A stretch of 64,000 nucleotides of DNA from an uncultured Actinomycetes bacterium (GCA_963719935.1 CAVRDY010000007.1:93810-157809); one strand, 5' to 3'; shown: positions 1 to 9,836, counted from the stretch's first letter. Notes: a model not told the origin generated them from the sequence alone. Numbers and translations: made by a program.

Positions 1-1061
1 CGGCCGGCGGCGGGGGCGGCAGCTCGGGGTCGGGGAGCCGCGGGGTGGCCGCCGACGCCGATGGCCCCACCTCGGCCTGTCCCACGCGGGCCGGCCGGGG
101 ATCCCGAGGGCTGCGGCTGGGCGGCTCGCCGTCGCGGAACAGCTCGGCGACTCCGGCCAGGGAGCCCATCACACCGGACATCTCGGCGGGGAGGAAGATC
201 TTGGTGGCCTGCCCGTCGGCGATCTGGGTGAGCGTCTCCAGGTACTTGATGGCGATCAGGTCGTCGGTGGGGTCGCCGTCGTGGATGGCCTGGTAGACGC
301 TGCGGATGGCGTCGGCCTCACCGTCGGCGACGGTCTTCTGGCGGAACTGCTCGGCCTCGGCCACGCGTCGGATGGCCTCGGCCTGGCCCTCGGCTTCGAG
401 AATGTTGGCTTCGCGCTCGCCTTCGGCGGTGAGGATGGCGCTGCGCTTCTCGCCCTCGGCCCGTGCGATGGCCGCTTCGCGGGCGCCGTCGGCCTCGAGC
501 ACCACGGCCCGCCGGGTGCGCTCGGCCTTCATCTGCTCGTGCATGGCGGCCATGACGTCGGGCGGCGGATCGATGCGCTGGATCTCGACGCGGACCACCC
601 GCACGCCCCACTTGTCGGTGGCGTCGTCGAGGATCGGACGCAGGTTCAGGTTGATCTGGTCGCGTGAGGTCAGCGCGTCGTCTAGGTCCATGTCGCCGAC
701 CACGTTCCGCAGGTTGGTCTGGGCCAGCTTGGTGACGGCCAGGATGAAGTTGGCCACGTTGTAGACGAGGCGTTGGGGGTCGGTGGGCTCGTAGTAGACG
801 ACTGCGTCGACCGACACCACCACGTTGTCGCGCGGTGATGACCTCCTGGGGAGGTACGTCGACCACCTGCTCGCGCATGTCGACGAGTCGCAGGACCTGG
901 AAGAAGGGGAAGATGACCCGCAGGCCCGGGTCGACGGTCTCCTTGTACTTGCCGAGCTGTTCGATGATGCCCCGCTGGTAGGGGCGGACGATGCGGACGC
1001 CGGCTGCGAAGTAGACGAAGATGACGAAGAAGACGGCGGCGGCCACCAGTACGGCGGTCAT
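1..1061 (-). CDS. SPFH/band-7 (stomatin/slipin, QmcA-like) protein; runs off window start; 1-nt frameshift near 831
   Basis: N-terminal TM, then VRIVRPYQRGIIEQLGKY..VDMREQVVDVPPQEVIT. After the extra base it continues DNVVVSVDAVVYY..TNLRNVVGDMDLD..WGVRVVRVEIQRIDPP..QMKAERTRRA. Start overlaps the nfeD stop (ATGA). Confidence 0.92.
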
Positions 1062-1528
1062 GAGGAGCTCCTCTCGCTCTCGGGAAGGGGTCGGACGACC
1101 ACACGGGTGCCTCGTACGTCGTCGATGCACACCGGAGACCCGGCGTGGATGGGATGGCCATCAGCAGATTCGGCCCGCCACTCTTCGCGGTCGACGCGGA
1201 TCACGCCGGTCGCACCCGGTCCGCCGGGGATGGCCTCGAGGACCGTGGCGCTCGAGCCGATGAGGCGTCGCGAGCCGATGCCTTCGGAAGGGTGTGCCTC
1301 GTCGAGCCGGCGGGCCAGGGGTCGCAGGGCGCTGAAGGCAACGGCCGACACAGCCACGAAGCTGACCCACTGCACCGCCACGCTGACACCGACGAAGGCC
1401 AGGATGGTGGCCACCAGCGCACCCCCGGCGAAAGGTAGAAGGAAGAACCCGGTGGTGATGATCTCTCCGGTGGCGAAGGCTGCGGTGGCCGCGAGCCAGA
1501 CCCAGCGCCACGTCTCTGGCGAATCCAT
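1058..1528 (-). CDS. NfeD family membrane protein (short form, C-terminal OB fold)
   Basis: Hydrophobic N-terminus (GEIITTGFFLLPFAGGA); C-terminal GVIRVDREEWRAES..G..V..VRGTRVVVRP; canonical partner immediately upstream of the SPFH gene. Confidence 0.92.
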   Translation of the reverse strand: MDSPETWRWVWLAATAAFATGEIITTGFFLLPFAGGALVATILAFVGVSVAVQWVSFVAVSAVAFSALRPLARRLDEAHPSEGIGSRRLIGSSATVLEAIPGGPGATGVIRVDREEWRAESADGHPIHAGSPVCIDDVRGTRVVVRPLPESERSSS

Positions 1529-1597
1529 GGATGCCCTCCATGACGGGTGGCCCGCACTCTGCGGGTCTCCGTCTTTGTGGAGCCACCCTATCAGTTG

Positions 1598-1611
1598 GGA
1601 ACACGTGTTCG
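1598..1611. promoter_or_regulatory. LexA (SOS) box GGAAC-ACGT-GTTCG
   Basis: One mismatch to CGAAC-N4-GTTCG; lies 7 nt upstream of a minus-strand TAGGGT -10 (1585-1590) for nfeD. Confidence 0.6.
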
Positions 1612-1694
1612 CCTGGGTCTAGCGACCCAGTGCGCGTTCCGGTTTCGTGACGACGCTAGCAGGCGGGTCGTTGGCTGGGGCCCGGTAGCCTCCG

Positions 1695-2558
1695 GTGCCG
1701 ATGACATCGACTGACCTGGCGCTGCTGACGGTGCACGCCCATCCCGACGACGAGGCATCCAAGGGCGCGCCCACTGTTGCCCGTTACCGGGCCGAAGGCA
1801 TCCCCGCCACCCTGGTCTGCTGCACCGGTGGTGAGGCCGGCGACATCTTGAACCCGGCCATGGACCGCCCCGAGGTGCGCGCCGACCTGGCCAAAGTACG
1901 CCGGGCCGAGCTGGAGGCCTCGGCGGCAGTCATCGGCTACCGGGAGGTGGTCCTGCTCGGCTACCGCGATTCGGGGATGCCCGGCAGCGAGGCCAACACC
2001 CGGCCCGGCGCCTTCGCCAACGTCGACCACGACGAGGCGGTGGGCCGACTGGTTGCGGTGATCCGCCGCGCCCGCCCCCAGGTGGTCGTCACCTACGGCG
2101 ACGACCAGCAGGGCTATCCCCATCCCGATCACCTGCGGGTCCACGACGTCTCCGTGGCTGCGTTCGATCGCTCTGGTGACCCGGCCTGGTACCCCGAGTC
2201 GGGGGCGCCGTGGGCGCCGTCCAAGCTGTATTACACGGTCTGGTCCCGTCGCCGATTCGAGCTGATGCACCGGGCGTTCCTCGACCTCGACCTCGAGTCG
2301 CCCTTCACGGACGAGTGGTTCGCCCGCCCTTCCCAGGACGCCCGCATCACCACGACGCTGGATGTGACGGACCACCACGACGTGCGCTGGGAGGCGCTGT
2401 TGGCACATGCCACCCAGGTGGACCCGTCCTCTCCGTTCTGGTTCGGCTTGCCCCGCGAGGTTGCCCGCACCATCCACCCTTACGACGACTACATCCTGGC
2501 CCGGTCCACCGTCGGCACCGACCTGCCCGAAGACGACCTTTTCGCCGGGTTGCGCTGA
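1695..2558 (+). CDS. mca: Mycothiol S-conjugate amidase (PIG-L/LmbE deacetylase family)
   Basis: LLTVHAHPDDEASKG, CTGGEAGDILNPAM, LGYRDSGM, GYPHPDHLRVH and EDDLFAGLR motifs. Confidence 0.88.
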   Translation: MPMTSTDLALLTVHAHPDDEASKGAPTVARYRAEGIPATLVCCTGGEAGDILNPAMDRPEVRADLAKVRRAELEASAAVIGYREVVLLGYRDSGMPGSEANTRPGAFANVDHDEAVGRLVAVIRRARPQVVVTYGDDQQGYPHPDHLRVHDVSVAAFDRSGDPAWYPESGAPWAPSKLYYTVWSRRRFELMHRAFLDLDLESPFTDEWFARPSQDARITTTLDVTDHHDVRWEALLAHATQVDPSSPFWFGLPREVARTIHPYDDYILARSTVGTDLPEDDLFAGLR

Positions 2559-2569
2559 CGGTCAGCGGT

Positions 2570-3001
2570 TCAGCTCTCGTCGGGGTCCGGAGCCACCAGC
2601 ACCACCAACGGGTCGCTCTCGGCGCCGGCTGGTTCCACCAGAGAGAAGGTGACGCGGGCCTCCTCGGGAAAGGCCAGCACGGTGCGCTCGCCGGGGGGTA
2701 GCGCACCCGTGTCGTAGTTGCGCGCCGGATCCTCGTCTTCGGAGTCGGTGGCCAGGACGACGTCGCCCGCCACGCGCACGGAGTCCTCGCCGCCGTTGAC
2801 CATCTCGACGGCTTCACCAGCGGTCACCTGGACCTCGGTGGGCGAGAAACCCGTGGGGTCAACTGACACCTCGGCCACCACCGGGGTGCCGTAGTCGTCG
2901 AGGGTGCGGGGCCCGGGGGTGCGGTCGGGTCCGGCCTCGCTGCACGCGGGGGCCAGCAGCAGAGCCGAGGCCATCAGTACTAGCAGAGAGCGCCTGCGCA
3001 T
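2570..3001 (-). CDS. Lipoprotein with cupredoxin-like fold lacking copper ligands
   Basis: Signal peptide and lipobox (LLLAPAC); FSPTEVQVTAGEAVEMVN..YDTGALPPGE pattern; leaderless start 6 nt after CAGACT. Confidence 0.65.
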   Translation of the reverse strand: MRRRSLLVLMASALLLAPACSEAGPDRTPGPRTLDDYGTPVVAEVSVDPTGFSPTEVQVTAGEAVEMVNGGEDSVRVAGDVVLATDSEDEDPARNYDTGALPPGERTVLAFPEEARVTFSLVEPAGAESDPLVVLVAPDPDES

Positions 3002-3041
3002 CCGGGCAGTCTGGCATGCGTCGGCATGCCAGGCTTGCGGG

Positions 3042-3923
3042 GTGCAAGACGAGTGGGACCGGTCCCGGGCCGACGAGTTGGCCGAGTTGGTGGCCGCAAC
3101 GTTGCCCGGCGAGCGTCTCGACCGCGATGAGCTCGTTGCCTGCTGCTGGGACGACCCGGGGGTGGTGTTGGGCGGCGACACGGCTGTTGCCGCTGCGGTC
3201 ACCCGGACCGTCGGCGATACGGTCCTGGGTTGGGTGCGCCTTCTGGTCGTGCACCCCGGGTCGCGCCGCGCCGGTGTGAGTCGAGCCCTGTTGGCGGCGG
3301 CAGAGGAGTGGTGCCGGTCCCGGGGGGCGGCCCAGATCCGCTTCGGGGGTTCGGCTCCCTTCTACCTGTGGCCCGGGATCGACGTGGCCTGGACCGCCGG
3401 GCTGTGCCTGGCGGAGTCCGCCGGTTACCGCGCCGAGGGAGCGGAGATGAACATGGCCTGTGCCACCACCTACCGTGCCCCTGTTCCCGCCGGCCTGGAG
3501 GTGGCCCGAGTGGTGAGCGATGAAGAGGAGGCCGCGGTGCGGGCCTGGTGTCGCACGCACTGGCCCCGGTGGGAACCCGAACTGGCGCTGGCCACCGAGC
3601 ATGCCTCGGCCTTCGCCGCCTGGCGGCTCTCCGGCCCGACTGAAGGCTCGCGGGAGGTGGCCGGCTTCGCCTGCCACTCGGTGAACCGGGCCGGCTGGAT
3701 CGGACCCATGGCCACCCGGGGTGGGCCGGGGCCTCATGTCGCCGGGACCGGTTCCGCCCTTCTGGGCCAGTTGTGTTCCGACCTGAGGGTTGCCGGCTAC
3801 CCCGAGGCCGAGATCGCCTGGGTGGGTCCGGTTTCCTTCTACGCCAGGACGGCCGGCGCCGCCGTGTCCCGGGTGTTCCGGACCGTGGTCAAGGACCTCG
3901 ACGCCCGCGCCCGTTCGGCCTAG
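3042..3923 (+). CDS. GNAT family N-acetyltransferase (tandem GNAT)
   Basis: VRLLVVHPGSRRAGVSRALL acetyl-CoA motif A; GSAPFYLWPGID; second half GWIGPMAT..G.GSALL..EIAWVGPVSFY. Confidence 0.82.
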   Translation: MQDEWDRSRADELAELVAATLPGERLDRDELVACCWDDPGVVLGGDTAVAAAVTRTVGDTVLGWVRLLVVHPGSRRAGVSRALLAAAEEWCRSRGAAQIRFGGSAPFYLWPGIDVAWTAGLCLAESAGYRAEGAEMNMACATTYRAPVPAGLEVARVVSDEEEAAVRAWCRTHWPRWEPELALATEHASAFAAWRLSGPTEGSREVAGFACHSVNRAGWIGPMATRGGPGPHVAGTGSALLGQLCSDLRVAGYPEAEIAWVGPVSFYARTAGAAVSRVFRTVVKDLDARARSA

Positions 3924-3930
3924 CCCTGGT

Positions 3931-6391
3931 CTAGCCCTCCACCAACTCGACCACACCGGCGCCGGCGGTCCCGTTGTATCCCGCGACCGACACGACGTAG
4001 ACCGCACCGGCCTCGGCCTCGAAGCCGACCTCGGCCTGCAGCAAGGAGGGATCCCCCGAGCTCTGCACCACCAGGTCGAAGTTCTCGTCGAAGACCACGA
4101 TGACCGGATCGAAGGCGTCGTTGGTGGCAGATGCCGTCACGGTCAGGGATCCACCGGTGCCGGCCACCACGAGGTCGGCGATCTCGTCCTCGCCGACCTC
4201 GACGTCTGCGGGCGTTCCCGCCACCAGCTCCGGAAGACCCTCGAGCGACTCGGGTGGGTCGAGCAGCAGCGGGTCCTCCGGTGGGTCGTCGCCGAGGGGA
4301 TCGTCGGTGCCCGGAGTTGACTCCATGACGAACCGGACCGAACCCTGTGAGGTCCCTTCGATGAGGACCACGTAGGTGCCCTCCGAGTAGAGGTCGGCCT
4401 GGGTGCCGAGCTCGACCCAGGGATCCCAGCCGCAGAGACAGGTGAACGCGACCCGCGGCGTCACCTTCGAGCTCGGGGACGAAGCTGAGGTCACCGTCGC
4501 TCTCGAAGGTGTAGGCGACGAGCTGACCCTCGTCGAGATCGATCTCGACCGTCTCGTCGAGCGCCAACTCGCCTTCCGACTCGAGGGGGCGCACCTCGAC
4601 GGTGAAGGGCACGGCGTCGCCCCGGTCGTCCTCGTCCAGATCCCAGGTATCGGCCTCCACCACGGCCATGTACTCCTCAGCCTCGGCCTGCACGACCGTG
4701 AAGGGCAGGTCCCGGTCTGAGGGCACCCAGGCTGCACCCGCCCCGTAGGAGGACCCTCCTCGCGGGTGGACACTCAGGTCTCCCGCGTGGTCGGTGGCCT
4801 CGATGCCGAGGAGGTACACCTCGCCGTCTTCGAGCTCGAAGTCGTAGGCGGCCCGGCGGAACGGGGTGGCCAGCTCGTCCTCGGTCACCTCGCCCACCTC
4901 GAGGGCTCGCGGCTCCACCAGGCCCATGGCGTCGAGATGGTCGCGGTCCATGCGCTCCACGGCCTCGCGCAGGTAGGCGGCGAGGGTCTCCATGGGGCTC
5001 ACGTACCAGCCGCCGCCGTCCTCCACCGTCACCACGTAGGGCTGTTCGGGCAGCAGGGCGGCCAGGATGGGGTCGTAGCCGCCGTCGGCCAACCAGTCCT
5101 CGAGGCAGCCCTGGCCCGATGCCTCGTCGCTGTCGTCCTCGGTCGTCACCTCGGCGCACCGGCCCTCGACGCTCACGCGGGTCTCGCCGTCGTACTCGTC
5201 GCTCCACTCGAGCTCCAGGGAGCGGATCTCGACGGAGCGGCGGCCGCCGCCCAGGTCTTCGCCCTCGACCAACTCCATGTCGTCCAACGCCAGGTCGAGG
5301 TCGCGGCGCGTGTCTTCCAGCTCGTCCTGGTCGACTTCCTCCATCAGAGCGTCCAGGTAATCGTGGGCGAAGCCCCACTCGCCGGGTGGGAGAGCCAGGA
5401 CGCCGGTCTCGGGGTCGAGGTCGGCGAGGGCGGAGGCGAAGGCCTCGACAGCGGCCACCGGGGAGTCGGCCCCCCCGTTCTCGCCCCGGGAGGCATCGAA
5501 GTCGGGCTCGTCGAGGTCGGTGCTCTGACGGATGACCTCGGCTGCGGTGTAGAGGGGGCTCACGTACCACCCACCGTCGCGGCGAACGGCCATCACGAAG
5601 GTCTCCCTCGGCCCGTCCTCGATGTCGTGGTAAGCGTCGTCGAGGTCGACGCGGCCCGACAGTTCCTCGGTGTCGTAGGTGACGACCTCGCCGTCTGTGG
5701 CCAGGACCAGGTCGGGGGCGGGTGAGGTGAAGTCGGCGCTGAGCTCGCCCCGCTCGATGGTGACGCGAGCCACGTCGGGATGCAGCTCTTCCACTGACAG
5801 CTCCAACCCCTCGACGTCGAGGCTGAGATCAGCCAGGCCCCGATCGGTGACCGTCACGAGTTCCAGCTCGCCGGCCCGGCGGAGGATGAGGTCGGCCAAC
5901 TCCGCCAGAGGACCCACCTCGTCGGGGTCGAGAGCCTCCATCACCCCGACCATGTCGTCCTCGGCCAGGGCGGCGGCCAGAGCCTCGACGGCTTCGTCGG
6001 GACTGGCCGCGCCGGTGCCAGACGATGAGCGGCCGGCCACCACGGCCCAGGCCACCCCTCCGAGCACCACGAGGGTGACCAGGGCGATGCCGACCTTTAC
6101 CAAGGTGGGCATTCCCGGGTGCGCCGACCCGGAGCCATCACCGGGCGCGGCCGGTGGCGCGGTGGGGGGTGAGGCAGGTGGTGCGGGTGGTGCGGTGGGC
6201 GGGCTGCCTGGTGGCGCGGTGGGCGGTGGGCCTGGAGATGGGGTGGCCGAGGCGGCCGGGGCCGGGATGGTGGTCGTGGGCGTGTCCAGGATCGAGGGCC
6301 GTGCCGGTTGCTCGTCGGGGCGCGCCGTGCCGCACTCCGGGCAGAACTGACCCACCTCGGGCAGGAGGGCACCACAGGTCGCACAGGTCAT
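3931..6391 (-). CDS. Large membrane-anchored protein: zinc ribbon, Pro-rich linker, one TM, acidic extracellular repeats, C-terminal PPC-like domains; frameshift near 4450
   Basis: CATC..FCPECG; PPTAPP repeats; TM KVGIALVTLVVLGGVAWAVV; duplicated GA.SP.(E/A)AVEA..GGWYVSP block; C-terminal DPVIVVFD..GAVYVVSVAGY in ORF 3931..4773; RBS AAGGAG and ATGA coupling. Confidence 0.75.
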
Positions 6392-6879
6392 GGGCACTCC
6401 TTCCTGGGTGGGGGCATGCTATTGGATGCGCTCGCGGGGGCCCGACCCTCCCGTCGGTTCGGGAGGCGGATGCACGCTGCTCCCACGGCGGCCGCCCCCA
6501 GCGAGGCCAGCACCGGGCCCGGCTGGGGGAAACCCACCCCCCGCACGGCCAGCCAGGCCACCGAGGCGGCCACGGTGACTCCGAGCAGCAACGCGGCCGC
6601 CGCGGTGAGGCGGTCGAAGCGAGGTGGCCAGGAGCGGAACTGGGTGAGCCAGGTTGCCAGGGCCAGCAGGGGGATGGCATACCACCCGACCGCCACCAGG
6701 CGCAGGTGTTCGCCAACCAACGAGACGCGGGGGAGATCGAGGAGCAGGTCGGCGAAGGCCGGCCCGGTGCGCCTTCGGCCCGCCACTTCGGCCCAGGGGA
6801 GCAGCAGTGCGCACCACACCAGGATCAGCCCGGCGTTGCCGGCGGCGAGGCGGACCCGGTCGTTGGACGCCGGGTTCAA
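6388..6879 (-). CDS. Hypothetical membrane protein (about 4 TM)
   Basis: Hydrophobic segments GLILVWCALLLPW, VGWYAIPLLALATWL, AAAALLLGVTVAASVAWL; TTG start overlaps the upstream stop and its stop overlaps the downstream ATG. Confidence 0.65.
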   Translation of the reverse strand: MNPASNDRVRLAAGNAGLILVWCALLLPWAEVAGRRRTGPAFADLLLDLPRVSLVGEHLRLVAVGWYAIPLLALATWLTQFRSWPPRFDRLTAAAALLLGVTVAASVAWLAVRGVGFPQPGPVLASLGAAAVGAACIRLPNRREGRAPASASNSMPPPRKECP

Positions 6880-7709
6880 CCGTCGCGCTGGAGCTGGCGC
6901 AGGCCCCGCCACCCGATCCGGCGGGTCCCCGACCGATCCAACATCGCCCGGATCTCGGAGTCGTGGCACATGAGGTGGTGGTCGTCGACCCGGTTGGCCC
7001 AGTCGGGGGCGAACGCACGTAGCTCGGGGGTGTCCGCCGCGGGGTGCACGTACACCTCGGTTACGCCGGGCCGCAGGTCGAAGAGGACCCGCTCCAGGGT
7101 GCGGCGGCTGCCGACTCCGTTCACGTACACGAAGTGGTCGGGGAACACCACGCCGGCTTCGGCGGCCAGCGAGCGGAACGGGAATCCGACGTGGCGCTCG
7201 GTTCCGGCTCCTGACAGGCGCAGGGGTAGGCCGTACTCGACTGCCAGGTCGAGGTAGACGTCGAAGAACTCGGGGCGGAGCTGGAGGGTGCCCATGTGAG
7301 AGTCGAGGTGGGTCACGTCGAAGCCCCACAGGATGGCCCGCTCGATCTGGGCACTGCACTCGCGTCGCACCTCGTCCAGGTCGGCGTGATCCCACACGTC
7401 AGCGACGGTGCGGGGGAACCCGCCGTCGCCGTCGAGAAGAGAAGGGGACGAGGTGATGGGACCCCACCGGTAGAGGTCGTACTCGGCGTTGAGGGTGAGG
7501 TGTACGCCGACGTCCTCGCCGCGATGGTGAGCGGCGGCCTCCCGGGCCCACGGGCAGGGAACCATCAAGGTGGCCGAGGTGGCCACTCCGGCCCGCAGCG
7601 ACTCGTACACGCCCTGGTTGGCGGCGTGGCTGGACCCCAGGTCGTCGCAGTTGACGATCAGGAGGCGGTCTTCGGGGCCGTACCCGAGGCGTTGGGCCAG
7701 CGTGCTCAC
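6876..7709 (-). CDS. YdjC/ChbG-like carbohydrate deacetylase
   Basis: LIVNCDDLG, TSATLMVPCPW, DVGVHLTL, THLDSHMG, TEVYVHP. Confidence 0.9.
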   Translation of the reverse strand: MSTLAQRLGYGPEDRLLIVNCDDLGSSHAANQGVYESLRAGVATSATLMVPCPWAREAAAHHRGEDVGVHLTLNAEYDLYRWGPITSSPSLLDGDGGFPRTVADVWDHADLDEVRRECSAQIERAILWGFDVTHLDSHMGTLQLRPEFFDVYLDLAVEYGLPLRLSGAGTERHVGFPFRSLAAEAGVVFPDHFVYVNGVGSRRTLERVLFDLRPGVTEVYVHPAADTPELRAFAPDWANRVDDHHLMCHDSEIRAMLDRSGTRRIGWRGLRQLQRDG

Positions 7710-8284
7710 CGCACAGACGGTACCGGCTGGCTGACCCCCGCAGGCGTGTCGGGCCCGCCGCACGCTCCCCACAGGCCCCGCCCGGCCTCGCGGGCCTCGG
7801 CCGCAGCGGCGCGCAGATCGGTGGCGTAGGCCTGGTTGGGGGAGATGATCAGCACGTCCGCGGCCCCCTCTCGCACCAGCGCGAGGTTGACGAAGGTTCC
7901 CTCCGCGGTCGTGTGCACGTAGGCCAGCAGCCGCCCGAACATGTCGCGTGCCTCGACGTCGCGCTCGAGGCGCACTTCGGTGCCGGGCGCCAGGAGGGCG
8001 GCGGTGCGGGCGCTGGCCTCGGCCCCGAAGCACTCGGGCGGCGTGGTGGGGTGCTTGGTCTCGGGCGTGTCGATCCCCAGCAGCCGGACCGTCTCGTCGC
8101 GCCCGGACAGGCCCACAACCACGGTGTCACCGTCGATCACTTCGATGATGGTGGCGGTTCCCGCGGGCCGTGCCGGGTTGGCGGTGCATGCCCCCACCGC
8201 AGCGACACAGACCGCCAGCGACAGGACCGTCAGCCACATCCGGAGCGGTCTTTGGGGGCGAGCCGCCACTGTGGTGCAAGCCAA
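7706..8284 (-). CDS. Thermonuclease (SNase) family secreted/lipoprotein nuclease
   Basis: VIDGDT, VRLLGIDTPE, RDMFGRLLAYV, VNLALVREG, GRGLW; TTG start after GAGGAGG (alternative ATG at 8239). Confidence 0.92.
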   Translation of the reverse strand: MACTTVAARPQRPLRMWLTVLSLAVCVAAVGACTANPARPAGTATIIEVIDGDTVVVGLSGRDETVRLLGIDTPETKHPTTPPECFGAEASARTAALLAPGTEVRLERDVEARDMFGRLLAYVHTTAEGTFVNLALVREGAADVLIISPNQAYATDLRAAAAEAREAGRGLWGACGGPDTPAGVSQPVPSVR

Positions 8285-8345
8285 GGCACCTCCTCGGCTC
8301 GGGGGTTGGGGCAGCCGCAGCTGCGAGGGCCCGGGGGGCGAGGAT

Positions 8346-9563
8346 TCAGACGCGCTGGATGAGGGTGCCGGTACCCAGGCCACCACCACAGCACATGGTG
8401 ACCAGGCCGATCTCGGTGTCGCTGCGCTCGAGCTCGTGCAGGGCCTTGGTCAACAAGATGGCCCCCGTGCCACCCAGCGGGTGACCCAGGGCGATGGCCC
8501 CCCCGTTGGGGTTGACCGTGTCCATGTCGGGTTCCAGCTCGCGGGCCCAGGCCAGCACGACGGAGGCGAAGGCCTCGTTGATCTCGACGACGTCGACGTC
8601 GGCCATCGTCAGGCCCTGGCGGTCGAGGAGCCGGCGGGTGGCGGGTATGGGGCCCTCCAGCATCAGCACGGGATCGCACCCCACCAGGCACGTGTCGAGG
8701 ACTCGTGCCCGGGCGCGCAGTCCCAGCTCTTCGGCACGGGCGGCCGTCGTTACCAGCACAGCGGCGGCTCCGTCTGAGATCTGCGAGGAGGTGCCCGCGG
8801 TGTGGACCCCGTCGGGACGCGCGACCGGCTTGAGGTTGCCCAGTGCCTCGAGGGTGGTGTCTCTGAGCCCCTCGTCGCGCGCCACGACGTGAGTGCCTGC
8901 CGCGGGCTCGCCCTCGTCGTCGAGGTCGGGTGCGGTGACGGGAACGACCTGGGTGGCGAAGCGGTCTTCGGCCCAGGCCTGGGCCGCCCGTTGCTGGGAC
9001 AGCAGGCCGAACTGGTCGGTGTCGGTTCGGGTGATGCCGTACTTGGTGGCGATGCGCTCGGCGCCCTCGAACTGGGATGTGAACTCGTAGCGGTCGAAGT
9101 AAGAAGGGGGGATGGCCTTGCCGACCCCGAGGCCCCGGCCGAGGGACGATCCCATGGGGACGCCGCTCATCACCTCGACCCCGCAGGCCATGGCCACGTC
9201 GACGACCCCTGAAGCCACCAGGCTGGCGGCCAGGTTCGTGGCCTGTTGGGACGAGCCGCACTGGCTGTCGACGGTGGTGGCGGGCGTGGTGTCGGGCAGC
9301 CCGGCGGTGAGCCAGGCGGTGCGGGCCACGTTGAAGGCCTGCATGCCTACCTGGCTGACACAGCCCCCGACGACCTGTTCGACGTGGGCAGGGTCGATGC
9401 CCGAGCGGTCGATCGCCTCTCGCTGGACAGTGGCCAGCAGGTCGGCGGCCTGCATCCCCGCCAGGCCACCCCCTCGCCGACCGATCGGCGTGCGGACAGC
9501 TTCGACGATTACGACGTCACGGGCTGGGTCGCGATCGGCGTTGTCGCGATTGGCGTTGCTCAT
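8346..9563 (-). CDS. Acetyl-CoA C-acyltransferase (thiolase, FadA5/FadA6-like)
   Basis: VEAVRTPIGRR, TVDSQCGSSQQA, EINEAFA, GGAIALGHPLGGTG, TMCCGGGLG. Confidence 0.95.
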   Translation of the reverse strand: MSNANRDNADRDPARDVVIVEAVRTPIGRRGGGLAGMQAADLLATVQREAIDRSGIDPAHVEQVVGGCVSQVGMQAFNVARTAWLTAGLPDTTPATTVDSQCGSSQQATNLAASLVASGVVDVAMACGVEVMSGVPMGSSLGRGLGVGKAIPPSYFDRYEFTSQFEGAERIATKYGITRTDTDQFGLLSQQRAAQAWAEDRFATQVVPVTAPDLDDEGEPAAGTHVVARDEGLRDTTLEALGNLKPVARPDGVHTAGTSSQISDGAAAVLVTTAARAEELGLRARARVLDTCLVGCDPVLMLEGPIPATRRLLDRQGLTMADVDVVEINEAFASVVLAWARELEPDMDTVNPNGGAIALGHPLGGTGAILLTKALHELERSDTEIGLVTMCCGGGLGTGTLIQRV

Positions 9564-9653
9564 GGGGTCTCCCTCGGTGACGGTGACGGTGACGGTGGCC
9601 GCCGACACTGGCAGAGCGGTTCTGGCAGACGCGGTGGTGCGGGCAATCTAGCT

Positions 9654-9830
9654 TCAGGCTGCGCGGTGCTGGTCGTGCCCGTCGCCGTGCTCACCGACGT
9701 GATCGCCGGAACCGGGAGGCCTGACCAGCTCTGCCCGGGCGGCCTGGATGCCCCGACGGCCCACCTCACGGGTGTGCTCGTCGAGCCGCCAGTCCTTTGG
9801 GGTGTCGAGGAGTCGTAGCTGGTGTTCCAT
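9654..9830 (-). CDS. Small hypothetical protein (58 aa, MEHQLRLLDTPKDWRLDEHTREVGRRGIQAARAEL...)
   Basis: ATG 6 nt downstream of a TGTCAC-N10-CATACT promoter; plausible amphipathic helix; fills the intergenic gap. Confidence 0.7.
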   Translation of the reverse strand: MEHQLRLLDTPKDWRLDEHTREVGRRGIQAARAELVRPPGSGDHVGEHGDGHDQHRAA

Positions 9831-9836
9831 GAACCC

